DNA of 64,000 nucleotides from Eledone cirrhosa (lineage: Eukaryota): the NCBI GenBank assembly GCA_964016885.1, contig OZ024744.1:115444001-115508000 (forward strand). Reading direction: 5' to 3'. Position numbers and translations under genes: made by a program. The notes under the pieces are model-generated. The model saw only the letters and a list, made by a program, of their open reading frames with translations, did no database searches and had not been told where the DNA came from. Shown here piece by piece: positions 15,001 to 30,429 of the stretch (position 1 is its first letter; each line of letters opens with the position of its first letter).

Positions 15001-18000
15001 TTCATTTCTTCAAGTCTCTATATAACCTCTACATTAACTACCCATGTCTCACTATCATGTAACATTACATCAGATGTCCATTGAAACATGCTAGCTTCAT
15101 TTCTCTCCAGTCTCTATATAACCTCTACATTAACTACCCATGTCTCACTACCATGTAACACTACATCAGATGTCCATTGAAACATGCTAGCTTCATTTCT
15201 CTCCAGTCTCTATATAACCTCTATATTAACTACCCATGTCTCACTACCATGAAACACTACATCGGATGACCATGTAACATGCTAGCTTCATTTCTCTCCA
15301 GTCTCTATATAACCTCTACATTAACTACCCATGTCTCACTACCATGTAACACTAAATCAGATGTCCATTGAAACATGCTAGCTTCATGTCTCTCCAGTCT
15401 CTATATAACCTCTACATTAACTACCCATGTCTCATTACCATGTAACACTACATCAGATGTCCATTGAAACATGCTAGCTTCATTTCTCTCCAGTCTCTAT
15501 ATAACCTATACATTAACTACCCATGTCTCACTACCATGTGACATTACATCAGATGTCCATTGAAACATACTAGCTTCATGTCTCTCCAGTCTCTATATAA
15601 CCTCTACATTAACTACCATGTCTCACTACCCTGTAACACTACATCAGATGTCCATTGAAACATGCTAGCTTCACTTCTCTCCAGTCTCTATATAACCTCT
15701 ATATTAACTACCCATGTCTCACTACCATGTAACACTACATCGGATGACCATGTAACATGCTAGCTTCATTTCTCTCCAGTCTCTATATAACCTCTACATT
15801 AACTACCCATGTCTCAACACCATGTAACACTACATCAGATGTCCATTGAAACATGCTAGCTTCATGTCTCTCCAGTCTCTATATAACCTCTACATTAACT
15901 ACCCATGTCTCATTACCATGTAACACTACATCAGATGTCCATTGAAACATGCTAGCTTCATTTCTCTCCAGTCTCTATATAACCTATACATTAACTGCCC
16001 ATGTCTCACTACCATGTAACATTACATCAGATGTCCATTGAAACATACTAGCTTCATGTCTCTCCAGTCTCTATATAACCTCTACATTAACTACCCATGT
16101 CTCACTACCATGTAACATTACATCAGATGTCCATTGAAACATGCTAGCTTCATGTCTCTCCAGTCTCTATATAACCTCTACATTAACTACCATGTCTCAC
16201 TACCCTGTAACACTACATCAGATGTCCATTGAAACATGCTAGCTTCATTTCTCTCCAGTCTCTATATAACCTCTACATTAACTACTCATGTCTCACTACC
16301 ATGTAACACTACATCAGATGTCCATTGAAACATGTTAGCTTCATTTCTATCTTGTCTCTATATAACCTCTACATTAACTACCCATATCTCACTACCATGT
16401 AACATTACAACAGATGTCCATCGTAACATGTTAGCTTCATATCTCTCCAGTCTCTGTATAACCTCTACATTAACTACCCATGTCTCACTACCATGTAACA
16501 TTACATTACATGGCCATTGAAACATGCTAGCTTCATGTCTCTTCAGCCTCTATATAACCTCTACATTAACTACCCATGTCTCACTACCATGTAACATTAT
16601 ATCAGATGTCCATTGAAACATGTTAGCTTCATGTCTCTCAAGTCTCTATATAACCTCTACATTAACTACCCATGTCTCACTACAATGTAACACTACATCA
16701 GATGTCCATTGAAACATGCTAGCTTCTTTTCTCTCCAGTCTCTATATAACCTCTACATTAACTACCCATGTCTCACTACCATGTAACATTACATCAGATG
16801 TCCATTGAAACATGTTAGCTTCATTTCTCTCAAGTCTCTATATAACCTCTACATTAACTACCCATGTCTCACTATCATGTAACATTACATCAGATGTCCA
16901 TTGAAACATGCTAGCTTCATGTCTCTCCAGTCTCTATATAACCTCTATATTAACTACCCATGTCTCACTACCATGAAACACTACATCGGATGACCATGTA
17001 ACATGCTAGCTTCATGTCTCTCCAGTCTCTATATAACCTCTACATTAACTACCCATGTCTCATTACCATGTAACACTACATCAGATGTCCATTGAAACAT
17101 GCTAGCTTCATTTCTCTCCAGTCTCTATATAACCTATACATTAACTACCCATGTCTCACTACCATGTAACATTACATCAGATGTCCATTGAAACATACTA
17201 GCTTCATGTCTCTCCAGTCTCTATCTAACCTCTACATTAACTACCCATGTCTCACTACCATGTAACATTACATCAGATGTCCATTGAAACATGCTAGCTT
17301 CATTTCTCTCCAGTCTCTATATAACCTCTATATTAACTACCCATGTCTCACTACCATGTAACACTCCATCGGATGACCATGTAACATGCTAGCTTCATTT
17401 CTCTCCAGTCTCTATATAACCTCTACATTAACTACCCATGTCTCAACACCATGTAACACTACATCAGATGTCCATTGAAACATGCTAGCTTCATGTCTCT
17501 CCAGTCTCTATATAACCTCTACATTAACTACCCATGTCTCATTACCATGTAACACTACATCAGATGTCCATTGAAACATGCTAGCTTCATTTCTCTCCAG
17601 TCTCTATATAACCTATACATTAACTACCCATGTCTCACTACCATGTAACATTACATCAGATGTCCATTGAAACATACTAGCTTCATGTCTCTCCAGTCTC
17701 TATCTAACCTCTACATTAACTACCCATGTCTCACTACCATGTAACATTACATCAGATGTCCATTGAAACATGCTAGCTTCATGTCTCTCCAGTCTCTATA
17801 TAACCTCTACATTAACTACCATGTCTCACTACCCTGTAACACTACATCAGATGTCCATTGAAACATGCTAGCTTCATTTCTCTCCAGTCTCTATATAACC
17901 TCTACATTAACTACTCATGTCTCACTACCATGTAACACTACATCAGATGTCCATTGAAACATGTTAGCTTCATTTCTATCTTGTCTCTATATAACCTCTA

Positions 18001-21000
18001 CATTAACTACCCATATCTCACTACCATGTAACATTACAACAGATGTCCATCGTAACATGTTAGCTTCATATCTCTCCAGTCTCTGTATAACCTCTACATT
18101 AACTACCCATGTCTCACTACCATGTAACATTACATTACATGGCCATTGAAACATGCTAGCTTCATGTCTCTTCAGCCTCTATATAACCTCTACATTAACT
18201 ACCCATGTCTCACTACCATGTAACATTATATCAGATGTCCATTGAAACATGCTACCTTCATTTCTCTCCAGTCTCTATATAACCTCTACGTTAACTACCC
18301 AAGTCTCACTACCATGTAACATTACATCAGATGTCCATTGAAACATGTTAGCTTCATGTCTCTCAAGTCTCTATATAATCTCTACATTAACTACCCATGT
18401 CTCACTACCATGTAACACTACATCAGATGTCCATTGAAACATGCTAGCTTCATTTCTCTCCAGTCTCTATATAACCTCTACATTAACTACCCATGTCTCA
18501 CTACCATGTAACATTACATCAGATGTCCATTGAAACATGTTAGCTTCATGTCTCTCCAATCTCTATATAACCTCTATATTAACTACCCATGTCTCACTAC
18601 CATGTAACATTACATCAGATGTCCATTGAAACATGCTAGCTTCATGTCTCTCCAGTCTCTATATAACCTCTACATTAACTACCCATGTCTCACTACCATG
18701 TAACATTACATTAAATGTCCATTGAAACATGCTAGCTTCATGTCTCTCCAGTCTCTATATAACCTCTACATTAACTACCCATGTCTCACTACCATGTAAC
18801 ATTACATCAGATGTCCATTGAAACATGCTAGCTTCACTTCTCTCCAGTCTCTATATAACCTATACATTAACTACCCATGTCTCACTACCTTGTAACATTA
18901 CATCAGATGTCCATTGAAACATGCTAGCTTCATTTCTCTCCAGTCTCTATATAACCTCTATATTAACTACCCATGTCTCACTACCATGTAACACTACATC
19001 GGATGACCATGTAACATGCTAGCTTCATTTCTCTCCAGTCTCTATATAACCTCTACATTAACTACCCATGTCTCAACACCATGTAATACTACATCAGATG
19101 TCCATTGAAACATGCTAGCTTCATGTCTCTCCAGTCTCTATATAACCTCTACATTAACTACCCATGTCTCATTACCATGTAACACTACATCAGATGTCCA
19201 TTGAAACATGCTAGCTTCATTTCTCTCCAGTCTCTATATAACCTATACATTAACTACCCATCTCTCACTACCATGTAACATTACATCAGATGTCCATTGA
19301 AACATACTAGCTTCATGTCTCTCCAGTCTCTATATAACCTCTACATTAACTACCATGTCTCACTATCATGTAACATTACATCAGATGTCCATTGAAACAT
19401 GCTAGCTTCATGTCTCTCCAGTCTCTATATAACCTCTACATTAACTACCCATGTCTCACTACCATGTAACATTACATCAAATGTCCATTGAAACATGTTA
19501 GCTTCATTTCTCTCCAGTCTCTATATAACCTCTACATTAACTACCCATGTCTCACTACCATGTAACACTACATCAGATGTCCATTGAAACATGCTAGCTT
19601 CATTTCTCTCCAGTCTCTATATAACCTCTATATTAACTACCCATGTCTCACTACCATGTAACATTACATCAGATGTCCATTGAAACATGCTAGCTTCATG
19701 TCTCTCCAGTCTCTATATAACCTCTACATTAACTACCCATGTTTCACTACCATGTAACATTACATCAGATGTCCATTGAAACATAGTAGCTTCATTTCTC
19801 ACCAGTCTCTATATAACATCTACATTAACTACCCATGTCTCACTTACATGTAACATTACATCACAGGGCCATTGAAAGATATTAGCTTCATTTCTCTCCA
19901 GTCTCTATATAACCTCTACATTAACTACCCATGTCTCACTACCATGTAACATTACATCACATGTCCATTGAAACATGCTAGCTTCATTTCTCTTCAGTCT
20001 CTATATAACCTCTACATTAACTACCCATGTCTCACTACCATGTAACACTACATCAGATGTCCATTGAAACATGCTAGCTTCATGTCTCTCCAGTCTCTAT
20101 ATAACCTCTACATTAACTACCCATGTTTCACTACCATGTAACATTACATCAGATGTCCATTGAAACATGCTAGCTTCATTTCTCTCCAGTCTCTATATAA
20201 CCTCTACATTAACTACCCATGTCTCACTACCATGTAACATTACATCAGATGTCCATTGAAACATGTTAGCTTCATTTCTTCAAGTCTCTATATAACCTCT
20301 ACATTAACTACCCATGTCTCACTATCATGTAACATTACATCAGATGTCCATTGAAACATGCTAGCTTCATGTCTCTCCAGTCTCTATATAACCTCTACAT
20401 TAACTACCCATGTCTCACTACCATGTAACATTACATCAAATGTCCATTGAAACATGTTAGCTTCATTTCTCTCCAGTCTCTATATAACCCCTACATTAAC
20501 TACCCATGTCTCACTACCATGTAACACTACATCAGATGTCCATTGAAACATGCAAGCTTCATTTCTCTCCAGTCTCTATATAACCTCTATATTAACTACC
20601 CATGTCTTACTACCATGTAACACTACATCGGATGACCATGTAACATGCTAGCTTCATTTCTCTCAAGTCTCTATATAATCTCTACATTAACTACCCATGT
20701 CTCACTACCATGTAACATTACATCAGATGTCCATTGAAACATACTAGCTTCATGTCTCTCCAGTCTCTATATAACCTCTACATTAACTACCATGTCTCAC
20801 TACCATGTAACATTACATCAGATGTCCATTGAAACATGTTAGCTTCATTTCTCTCCATCTTTATATAACCTCTACATTAACTAACCATGTCTCACTACCA
20901 TGTAACATTACATCAGATGTCCATTGAAACATGCTAGCTTCATGTCTCTCCAGTCTCTATATAACCTCTACATTAACTAGCCATGTCTCACTACCATGTA

Positions 21001-24000
21001 ACATTACATCAGATGTCCATTGAAACATAGTAGCTTCATTTCTCACCAGTCTCTATTTAACCTCTACATTAACTACCCATGTCTCACTACCATGTAACCT
21101 TACATCACATGTCCATTGAAACATGCTAGCTTCATTTATCTTCAGTCTATATATAACCTCTACATTAACTACCCATGTCTCACTACCATGTAACACTACA
21201 TCAGATGTCCATCGTAACATGCTAGCTTCATGTCTCTCCAGTCTCTATATAACCTCTACATTAACTACCCATGTCTCACTACCATGTAACATTACATCAG
21301 ATGTCCATTGAAACATGTTAGTTTCATTTCTCTCCAGTCTCTATATAACCTCTACATTAACTACCAATGTCTCACTACCATGTAACATTACATTACAGGG
21401 CCATTGAATCACGCTAGCTTCATTTCTCTCCAGTCTCTATATAAACTCTACAGTAACTACCCATGTCTCACTACCATGTAACACTACATCACAGGGCCAT
21501 TGAAACATGCTAGCTTCATTTCTCTCCAGTCTTTATATAACCTCTACATTAACTACCCATGTCTCTCTACCATGAAACATTACATCAGATGTCTATATAA
21601 ACATGCTAGCTTCATTTCTCTCTAGTCTCTATATAACCTCTACATTAACTACCCATATCTCACTACCATGTAACATTACATCACATGTCCATTGAAACAT
21701 ACTAGCTTCATGTCTCTCCAGTCTCTATATAACCTCTACATTAACTACCCATGTCTCACTACCATGTAACATTACATTACAAGGCCATTGAAACATGCTA
21801 GCTTCATTTCTCTCCAGTCTCTATATAACCTCTACATTAACTACCCATGTCTCACTACCATGTAACATTACATCAGATGTCCATTGAAACATGTTAGCTT
21901 CATGTCTCTCAAGTCTCTATATAACCTCTACATTAACTACCCATGTCTCACTACCATGTAACACTACATCAGATGTCCATTGAAACATGCTAACTTCATT
22001 TCTCTCCAGTCTCTATATAACCTCTACATTAACTACCCATGTCTCACTACCATGTAACATTACATCAGATGTCCATTGAAACATGTTAGCTTCATTTCTC
22101 TCAAGTCTCTATATAACCTCTACGTTAACTACCCGTGTCTCACTATCATGTAACATTACATCAGATGTCCATTGAAACATGCTAGCTTCATGTCTCTCCA
22201 ATCTCTATATAACCTCTATATTAACTACCCATGTCTCACTACCATGTAACATTACATCAGATGTCCATTGAAACATGTTAGCTTCATTTCTCTCCAGTCT
22301 CTATATAACCTCTACATTAACTACCCATGTCTCACTATCATGTAACATTACATCAGATGTCCATTGAAACATGCTAGCTTCATGTCTCTCCAGTCTCTAT
22401 ATAACCTCTACATTAACTACCCATGTCTCACTACCATGTAACATTACATTAAATGTCCATTGAAATATGTTAGCTTCATTTCTCTCCAGTCTCTATATAA
22501 CCTCTACATTAACTACCCATGTCTCACTACCATGTAACACTACATCAGATGTCCATTGAAACATGCTAGCTTCATTTCTCTCCAGTCTCTATATAACCTC
22601 TATATTAACTACCCATGTCTCACTACCATGTAACACTACATCGGATGACCATGTAACATGCTAGCTTCATTTCTCTCCAGTCTCTATCTAACCTCTACAT
22701 TAACTACCCATGTCTCACTACCATGTAACACTACATCAGATGTCCATTGAAACATGCTAGCTTCATGTCTCTCCAGTCTCTATATAACCTCTACATTAAC
22801 TACCCATGTCTCACTACCATGTAACATTACATCAGATGTCCATTGAAACATGCTAGCTTCACTTCTCTCCAGTCTCTATATAACCTATACATTAACTACC
22901 CATGTCTCACTACCTTGTAACATTACATCAGATGTCCATTGAAACATACTAGCTTCATGTCTCTCCAGTCTCTATATAACCTCTACATTAACTACCATGT
23001 CTCACTACCATGTAACATTACATCAGATGTCCATTGAAACATGTTAGCTTCATTTCTCGCCGTCTCTATATAACCTATACATTAACTACCCATGTCTCAC
23101 TACCATGTAACATTACATCAGATGTCCATTGAAACATACTAGCTTCATGTCTCTCCAGTCTCTATATAACCTCTACATTAACTACCATGTCTCACTACCA
23201 TGTAACATTACATCAGATGTCCATTGAAACATGTTAGCTTCATTTCTCTCCGTCTTTATATAACCTCTACATTAACTAACCATGTCTCACTATCATGTAA
23301 CATTACATCAGATGTCCATTGAAACATGCTAGCTTCAAGTCTCTCCAGTCTCTATATAACCTCTACATTAACTACCCATGTCTCACTACCATGTAACATT
23401 ACATCAGATGTCCATTGAAACATAGTAGCTTCATTTCTCACCAGTCTCTATATAACCTCTACATTAACTACCCATGTCTCACTTCCATGTAACATTACAT
23501 CACAGGGCCATTGAAACATGTTAGCTTCATTTCTCTCCAGTCTCTATATAACCTCTACATTAACTACCCATGTCTCACTACCATGTAACATTACATCAGA
23601 TGTCCATTGAAACATGTTAGTTTCATTTCTCTCCAGTCTCTATATAACCTCTACATTAACTACCCATGTCTCACTACCATGTAACATTACATCAGATGTC
23701 CATTGAAACATGTTAGTTTCATTTCTCTCCAGTCTCTATATAACCTCTACATTAACTACCCATGTCTCACTACCATGTAACATTACATCAGATGTCCATT
23801 GAAACATGCTAGCTTCATGTCTCTCTCGTCTCTATATAACCTCTACATTAACTACCCATGTCTCACTACCATGTAACATTACATCAGATGTCCATTGAAA
23901 CATGCTAGCTTCATGTCTCTCCAGTCTCTATATAACCTCTACATTAACTACCCATGTCTCACTACCATGTAACATTACATTACAGGGCCATTGAAACACG

Positions 24001-25293
24001 CTAGCTTCATTTCTCTCCAGTCTCTATATAACCTCTACATTAACTACCCATATCTCACTACCATGTAACATTACATCACATGTCCATTGAAACATACTAG
24101 CTTCATGTCTCTCCAGTCTCTATATAACCTCTACATTAACTACCCATGTCTCACTACCATGTAACATTACATTACAAGGCCATTGAAACATGCTAGCTTC
24201 ATTTCTCTCCAGTCTCTATATAACCTCTACATTAACTACCTCTGTCTCACTACCATGTAAGATTACATCAGATGTCCATTGAAACATGCTAGCTTCATTT
24301 CTCTCCAGTCTCTATATAACCTCTACATTAACTACCCACGTCTCACTACCATGTAACATTACATCAGATGTCCATTGAAACATGCTAGCTTCGTTTCTCT
24401 CCAGTCTCTATATAACCTCTACATTAACTACCCATGTCTCACTACCATGTAACATTACATCAGATGTCCATTGAAACATGCTAGCTTTATTTCTCTCCAG
24501 TCTCTATATAACCGCTACATTAACTACCCATATCTCACTACCATGTAACATTACATCAGATGTCTATTGAAACATGCTAGCTTCATTTCTCTCCAGTCTC
24601 TATATAACCTCTACATTAACTACCCATGTCTCACTACCATGTAACATTACATCACAGGGCCATTGAAACATGTTAGCTTCATGTCTCTCCAGTCTCTATA
24701 TAACCTCTACATTAACTACCCATGTCTCACTACCATGTAACATTACATCAGATGTCCATTGCAACATGCTAGCTTCATGTCTCTCCAGTCTCTATATAAC
24801 CTCTCCATTAACAACCCATGTCTCACTATCATGTAACATTACATCAGATGTCTATTGAAACATGCTAGCCTCATTTCTCTCCAGTCTCTATATAACCTCT
24901 ACATTAACTACCTCTGTCTCACTACCATGTAACACTACATCACAGGGCCATTGAAACATGCTAGGGTCATTACACTCCAGTCTCTATATAACCTCTACAT
25001 TAACAACCCAGGTCTCACTACCATGTAGTATTACATCCAATGTCCAATGAAACATGCTAGCTTCATTTCTCTCCAGTCTCTATATAACCTCTACATTAAC
25101 TACCTGTCTCACTACCATGTAACATTACAGCAGATGTCCATTGAAACATGTTAGCTTCATGTCTCTCCAGTCTCTATATAACCTCTACAGTAACAACCCA
25201 GCTCTCACTACCATGTAACATTACATCAGATGACTATTGAAACATGCTAGCTTCATTTCTCTCCAGTCTCTTTATAACCCCTACATTAACTAC

Positions 25294-25770
25294 CCATGTG
25301 TCTAACACACGTGGACATGCCTACAAGATCAGAAAACAGCACAGCTCCCATGACTTTCGTAGAGAACTTTTTCACGCTCAGAGTTGCTGAAGCATGGAAC
25401 AAACTGCCTGCGTCAGTTGTTAGCTGCCTAGACACTGCATCCTTTAAGACACTCATGCTTCCAGAAATACGCCAAAACTACACCTGATGTACCACTTCCA
25501 TACACATGCACACGTGTGTATCATGACTCGTGCACTGTTCATTTTACTGATGTTTGTGCATTGCCCTATGTACTGTACATGCACTTTTTTGATGAGTTGT
25601 GGTGCACCTGGGCACTGTACACAATATTTCATTATCGTTATTATTATTATATCATGACTCATACACTGTTCATTTTCCAGACATTTGTACATTGTTCTAT
25701 GTACTATACATGCACCTTTGATGAGTTGTAGTGCACCTGAGCACTGTACACAATAATTTCATTATTATTA
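25294..25770 (+). mobile_element. 5'-truncated CR1-type LINE 3' end inserted in the satellite (copy 1)
   Basis: Encodes FFTLRVAEAWNKLPASVVSC, matching the end of the RT ORF at 39835-40581. Followed by 3'UTR, GTGCACCTGAGCAC hairpin and (ATT)n tail. Confidence 0.92.
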
Positions 25771-28700
25771 TCCATTGAAAGAGTCTAGCTTCATGTCTCT
25801 CCAGTCTCTATATAACCTCTACATTAACTACCCATGTCTCACTACCATGTAACATTACATTAAATGTCCATTGAAACATGTTAGCTTCATTTCTCTCCAG
25901 TCTCTATATAACCTCTACATTAACTACCCATGTCTCACTACCATGTAACACTACATCAGATGTCCATTGAAACATGCTAGCTTCATGTCTCTCCAGTCTC
26001 TATATAACCTCTACATTAACTACCCATGTCTCACTACCATGTAACATTACATCAGATGTCCATTGAAACATGCTAGCTTCACTTCTCTCCAGTCTCTATA
26101 TAACCTATACATTAACTACCCATGTCTCACTACCTTGTAACATTACATCAGATGTCCATTGAAACATACTAGCTTCATGTCTCTCCAGTCTCTATATAAA
26201 CTCTACAGTAACTACCCATGTCTCACTACCATGTAACATTACATCAGATGTCCATTGAAACATGCTAGCTTCATGTCTCTCCAGTCTCTATATAAACTCT
26301 ACAGTAACTACCCATGTCTCACTACCATGTAACATTACATCAGATGTCCATTGAAACATGCTAGCTTCATTTCTCTCCAGTCTCTATATAACCTCTACAT
26401 TAACTACCCATGTCTCTCTACCATGAAACATTACATCAGATGTCTATATAAACATGCTAGCTTCATTTCTCTCTAGTCTCTATATAACCTCTACATTAAC
26501 TACCCATATCTCACTACCATGTAACATTACATCACATGTCCATTGAAACATACTAGCTTCATGTCTCTCCAGTCTCTATATAACCTCTACATTAACTACC
26601 CATGTCTCACTACCATGTAACATTACATTACAAGGCCATTGAAACATGCTAGCTTCATTTCTCTCCAGTCTCTATATAACCTCTACATTAACTACCCATG
26701 TCTCACTACCATGTAACATTACATCAGATGTCCATTGAAACATGTTAGCTTCATGTCTCTCAAGTCTCTATATAACCTCTACATTAACTACCCATGTCTC
26801 ACTACCATGTAACACTACATCAGATGTCCATTGAAACATGCTAACTTCATTTCTCTCCAGTCTCTATATAACCTCTACATTAACTACCCATGTCTCACTA
26901 CCATGTAACATTACATCAGATGTCCATTGAAACATGTTAGCTTCATTTCTCTCAAGTCTCTATATAACCTCTACGTTAACTACCCGTGTCTCACTATCAT
27001 GTAACATTACATCAGATGTCCATTGAAACATGCTAGCTTCATGTCTCTCCAATCTCTATATAACCTCTATATTAACTACCCATGTCTCACTACCATGTAA
27101 CATTACATCAGATGTCCATTGAAACATGTTAGCTTCATTTCTCTCCAGTCTCTATATAACCTCTACATTAACTACCCATGTCTCACTATCATGTAACATT
27201 ACATCAGATGTCCATTGAAACATGCTAGCTTCATGTCTCTCCAGTCTCTATATAACCTCTACATTAACTACCCATGTCTCACTACCATGTAACATTACAT
27301 TAAATGTCCATTGAAATATGTTAGCTTCATTTCTCTCCAGTCTCTATATAACCTCTACATTAACTACCCATGTCTCACTACCATGTAACACTACATCAGA
27401 TGTCCATTGAAACATGCTAGCTTCATTTCTCTCCAGTCTCTATATAACCTCTATATTAACTTCCCATGTCTCACTACCATGTAACACTACATCGGATGAC
27501 CATGTAACATGCTAGCTTCATTTCTCTCCAGTCTCTATATAACCTCTACATTAACTACCCATGTCTCACTACCATGTAACACTACATCAGATGTCCATTG
27601 AAACATGCTAGCTTCATGTCTCTCCAGTCTCTATATAACCTCTACATTAACTACCCATGTCTCACTACCATGTAACATTACATCAGATGTCCATTGAAAC
27701 ATGCTAGCTTCACTTCTCTCCAGTCTCTATATAACCTATACATTAACTACCCATGTCTCACTACCTTGTAACATTACATCAGATGTCCATTGAAACATAC
27801 TAGCTTCATGTCTCTCCAGTCTCTATATAACCTCTACATTAACTACCATGTCTCACTACCATGTAACATTACATCAGATGTCCATTGAAACATGTTAGCT
27901 TCATTTCTCGCCGTCTCTATATAACCTATACATTAACTACCCATGTCTCACTACCATGTAACATTACATCAGATGTCCATTGAAACATACTAGCTTCATG
28001 TCTCTCCAGTCTCTATATAACCTCTACATTAACTACCATGTCTCACTACCATGTAACATTACATCAGATGTCCATTGAAACATGTTAGCTTCATTTCTCT
28101 CCGTCTTTATATAACCTCTACATTAACTAACCATGTCTCACTATCATGTAACATTACATCAGATGTCCATTGAAACATGCTAGCTTCAAGTCTCTCCAGT
28201 CTCTATATAACCTCTACATTAACTACCCATGTCTCACTACCATGTAACATTACATCAGATGTCCATTGAAACATAGTAGCTTCATTTCTCACCAGTCTCT
28301 ATATAACCTCTACATTAACTACCCATGTCTCACTTCCATGTAACATTACATCACAGGGCCATTGAAACATGTTAGCTTCATTTCTCTCCAGTCTCTATAT
28401 AACCTCTACATTAACTACCCATGTCTCACTACCATGTAACACTACATCAGATGTCCATTGAAACATGCTAGCCTCATTTCTCTCCAGTCTCTATATAACC
28501 TCTACATTAACTACCCATATCTCACTACCATGTAACATTACATCACATGTCCATTGAAACATACTAGCTTCATGTCTCTCCAGTCTCTATATAACCTCTA
28601 CATTAACTACCCATGTCTCACTACCATGTAACATTACATTACAAGGCCATTGAAACATGCTAGCTTCATTTCTCTCCAGTCTCTATATAACCTCTACATT

Positions 28701-29952
28701 AACTACCTCTGTCTCACTACCATGTAAAATTACATCAGATGTCCATTGAAACATGCTAGCTTCATTTCTCTCCAGTCTCTATATAACCTCTACATTAACT
28801 ACCCATGTCTCACTACCATGTAACATTACATCAGATGTCCATTGAAACATGCTATCTTCATGTCTCTCCAGTCTCTATATTATCTCTACATTAAGTACCC
28901 ACGTCTCACTACCATGTAACATTACATCAGATGTCCATTGAAACATGCTAGCTTCGTTTCTCTCCAGTCTCTATATAACCTCTACATTAACTACCCATGT
29001 CTCACTACCATGTAACATTACATCAGATGTCCATTGAAACATGCTATCTTCATGTCTCTCCAGTCTCTATATTATCTCTACATTAAGTACCCACGTCTCA
29101 CTACCATGTAACATTACATCAGATGTCCATTGAAACATGCTAGCTTCGTTTCTCTCCAGTCTCTATATAACCTCTACATTAACTACCCATGTCTCACTAC
29201 CATGTAACATTACATCAGATGTCTATTGAAACATGCTAGCTTCATTTCTCTCCAGTCTCTATATAACCTCTACATTAACTACCCATGTCTCACTACCATG
29301 TAACATTACATCACAGGGCCATTGAAACATGTTAGCTTCATGTCTCTCCAGTCTCTATATAACCTCTACATTAACTACCCATGTCTCACTACCATGTAAC
29401 ATTACATCAGATGTCCATTGCAACATGCTAGCTTCATGTCTCTCCAGTCTCTATATAACCTCTCCATTAACAACCCATGTCTCACTATCATGTAACATTA
29501 CATCAGATGTCTATTGAAACATGCTAGCCTCATTTCTCTCCAGTCTCTATATAACCTCTACATTAACTACCTCTGTCTCACTACCATGTAACACTACATC
29601 ACAGGGCCATTGAAACATGCTAGGGTCATTACACTCCAGTCTCTATATAACCTCTACATTAACAACCCAGGTCTCACTACCATGTAGTATTACATCCAAT
29701 GTCCAATGAAACATGCTAGCTTCATTTCTCTCCAGTCTCTATATAACCTCTACATTAACTACCTGTCTCACTACCATGTAACATTACAGCAGATGTCCAT
29801 TGAAACATGTTAGCTTCATGTCTCTCCAGTCTCTATATAACCTCTACAGTAACAACCCAGCTCTCACTACCATGTAACATTACATCAGATGACTATTGAA
29901 ACATGCTAGCTTCATTTCTCTCCAGTCTCTTTATAACCCCTACATTAACTAC

Positions 29953-30429
29953 CCATGTGTCTAACACACGTGGACATGCCTACAAGATCAGAAAACAGCA
30001 CAGCTCCCATGACTTTCGTAGAGAACTTTTTCACGCTCAGAGTTGCTGAAGCATGGAACAAACTGCCTGCGTCAGTTGTTAGCTGCCTAGACACTGCATC
30101 CTTTAAGACACTCATGCTTCCAGAAATACGCCAAAACTACACCTGATGTACCACTTCCATACACATGCACACGTGTGTATCATGACTCGTGCACTGTTCA
30201 TTTTACTGATGTTTGTGCATTGCCCTATGTACTGTACATGCACTTTTTTGATGAGTTGTGGTGCACCTGGGCACTGTACACAATATTTCATTATCGTTAT
30301 TATTATTATATCATGACTCATACACTGTTCATTTTCCAGACATTTGTACATTGTTCTATGTACTATACATGCACCTTTGATGAGTTGTAGTGCACCTGAG
30401 CACTGTACACAATAATTTCATTATTATTA
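29953..30429 (+). mobile_element. CR1-type LINE 3' end inserted in the satellite (copy 2, duplicate of copy 1)
   Basis: Same sequence and junctions as 25294-25770, offset 4659 bp; identical translated ORFs in the track. Confidence 0.92.
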
